Source of the DNA: Bacillota bacterium
GTDB taxonomy: Bacteria > Bacillota > JAAYKD01
Assembly (NCBI GenBank): GCA_963666425.2
Contig: OY762825.2
Coordinates: forward strand, 2,656,001 to 2,720,000
Length of the DNA stretch: 64,000 nt
Direction of reading: 5' to 3'
In this document: positions 62,486 through 64,000 of the stretch, one piece after another
How the letters are laid out: each line of letters opens with the position of its first letter
How positions within the stretch are numbered: the stretch's first letter is position 1
The notes under the pieces: model-generated
The model's database searches: none
Told to the model about the DNA's origin: nothing
Seen by the model: only the letters and a program-made list of their open reading frames with translations
Position numbers and translations under genes: made by a program

Positions 62486-62966
62486 GACATAGGAAATGAG
62501 TGAGACATAAATTAGTGTTTTTTGAAAAAGTCTACAACAGCATGAAGCTCAAAAATTATGATATAAGTTACCATGAAATATAAAGAAAATTTTTGCTTTA
62601 TTAAACTCATTTAGTAACAAATACTAAGCACCTTTCCTGTAGTTTTCCAAAGAAAATTTTCACAGTATTGTCGTGAAATATGATAAGGATTAGCAGGAAT
62701 TGTCTTTCTACGAGTCGAACAAAACATAAATTAGCGAGCCATAGGGGACGGAAACGAAGAAATGCTTGAGGGTAGATTTTTTGTATTGTCAAGAAGCGTG
62801 CCAAAATGCAATGTGGAGAATTTTATGGAAAAATAAGTATTCAGTATGACGGAAATATAGTTTGGCATTTTTCTTTCTGACTTTTCAAAAGTCGTATATT
62901 TAACTTATATTAAGAGGAAAAATTTTGAGAGAATCAAGACGATATAAATATGGAAGGGGAAATGGT

Positions 62967-64000
62967 ATGAAAGTCAAAAGAATCATTATTCTTTTATGCT
63001 CCATGATCATTCTGTTTACTTCAGGTCTTCCCATAGTCTTGGCTGAAGATACCAATGCAAGAGTTGATTTCATCGCAAGTGAACCCGATGCCAATGGTTA
63101 TTTTACACTTAGTATGTCGGTTGCGAATGCAAAGTTTAATGCATTTCAATTTGTTTTACGGTATAATACGGAATCACTGCAAACTGTTGATTATGTGACC
63201 CATGAAAATACAGATAGTTTTAGTAAATTCTCTCATACCCCTGATAATTTGACTTGGCTTTCTAAAATCGGAACAGGAATCGACTCTTCATTAGGCTTGA
63301 TTGATTTCAGCGGCTATGTAACACCGGGAACCTCTCCATCTTATAATGCAGAAGAAATAGTTGGTCAAGCGAATATTGGAAATACACCGGTGATCCTTTT
63401 TGAATTTGCATTTCGGCAGCTCGGGACTGAACCCATTGGCATAGAATTAGCCAAATTTGCGCTTGATAAGCCAAGTAGAGAGTACTTTCCCGAAGGGGGA
63501 GCTTTAGCGAATGCTGGAAAATCGATCGATGTCATCATATCATTTCTTTTACCACAGGAACTTGGCGAAAACATTATTATAGAAAATCCAGGTGACCCGG
63601 TTATTCCTGATTCGGAAACACCTGTGGTACCTGTTCAACCGATACCTACTGATATAGAAGAACCTTTGGATGATAAAACTCCGAAAACAGTGATCGAGCG
63701 CTTAAAAGAAACTCTGATCTTGCAAATCGGTAACTATGCGGCGGCAGACGAAGGAGCTCTGTGTCATATCTACCCGGGTGAAAAATCGGTGTTCCCTTAC
63801 CTCAAAGATAATCGAACGTTTGTTCCATTCCGGTTTATTGCTGATCGACTGGGTTATACGGTAGAGTGGAACGAAGCAACTAGAATGGTGACATTCAGTA
63901 ACAATACTCATCTACTGCAGATGAAAATTGGAGCAATGGAATACACAGTTGATGGTATTAGCTATCCAATGGATACAGCTGCAGAAATATCTCATGATAG
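62967..64000 (+). CDS. Secreted/surface protein: signal peptide, cohesin-like beta domain, Pro-rich linker, copper-amine-oxidase N-terminal (stalk) domain; 3'-partial
   Basis: Manual translation is open to the window end: MKVKRIIILLCSMIILFTSGLPIVLA-ED...FNAFQFVLRYN...LFEFAFRQL...PVIPDSETPVVPVQP...PYLKDNRTFVPFRFIADRLGYTVEWN. Absent from the ORF track because there is no stop. Confidence 0.8.
   Translation, partial: MKVKRIIILLCSMIILFTSGLPIVLAEDTNARVDFIASEPDANGYFTLSMSVANAKFNAFQFVLRYNTESLQTVDYVTHENTDSFSKFSHTPDNLTWLSKIGTGIDSSLGLIDFSGYVTPGTSPSYNAEEIVGQANIGNTPVILFEFAFRQLGTEPIGIELAKFALDKPSREYFPEGGALANAGKSIDVIISFLLPQELGENIIIENPGDPVIPDSETPVVPVQPIPTDIEEPLDDKTPKTVIERLKETLILQIGNYAAADEGALCHIYPGEKSVFPYLKDNRTFVPFRFIADRLGYTVEWNEATRMVTFSNNTHLLQMKIGAMEYTVDGISYPMDTAAEISHD

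Overview
A 64-kb core-chromosome window from an anaerobic Bacillota (Firmicutes) bacterium, apparently a divergent lineage judging from its rRNA. Bases 1-30.8 kb hold housekeeping genes, mostly for translation: rluB, cmk, plsC, an ispH-rpsA fusion, der, gpsA, T-box-alaS-trmL-trpS-glyQS, L20-leader-infC(AUC start)-rpmI-rplT, T-box-pheST, a U32 protein, mutS2, a DEAD-box helicase, an LCP protein and an AlaX-like editor. Bases 32.2-46.4 kb form a complete selenium/glycine-reductase locus: selD(Sec)-cutC, a tandem glycine riboswitch, grdX-trxB-trxA-grdE-grdA(Sec)-grdB(Sec)-grdC-grdD, then selA-selB-selC. The ORF track splits all three selenoprotein genes at their UGA codons. Next come pruA with a divergent AraC regulator, an ABC exporter, an M20 hydrolase, dusB-greA and a full rrn operon (16S-Ile-Ala-23S-5S). 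The window ends with a 148-bp palindromic tandem repeat array and an AT-rich secreted surface protein running off the edge. The most unusual items are: a thioredoxin reductase with an acidic (non-NADPH-like) cofactor motif fused to a Cys-less thioredoxin domain; an apparent internal promoter and RBS inside ispH-rpsA; a PheT lacking the B2 domain; a broken 23S 2057-2611 pair; and the REP/BIME-like array. I saw no mobile element, CRISPR array or defence system. All calls are by-eye motif recognition, with no database searches.
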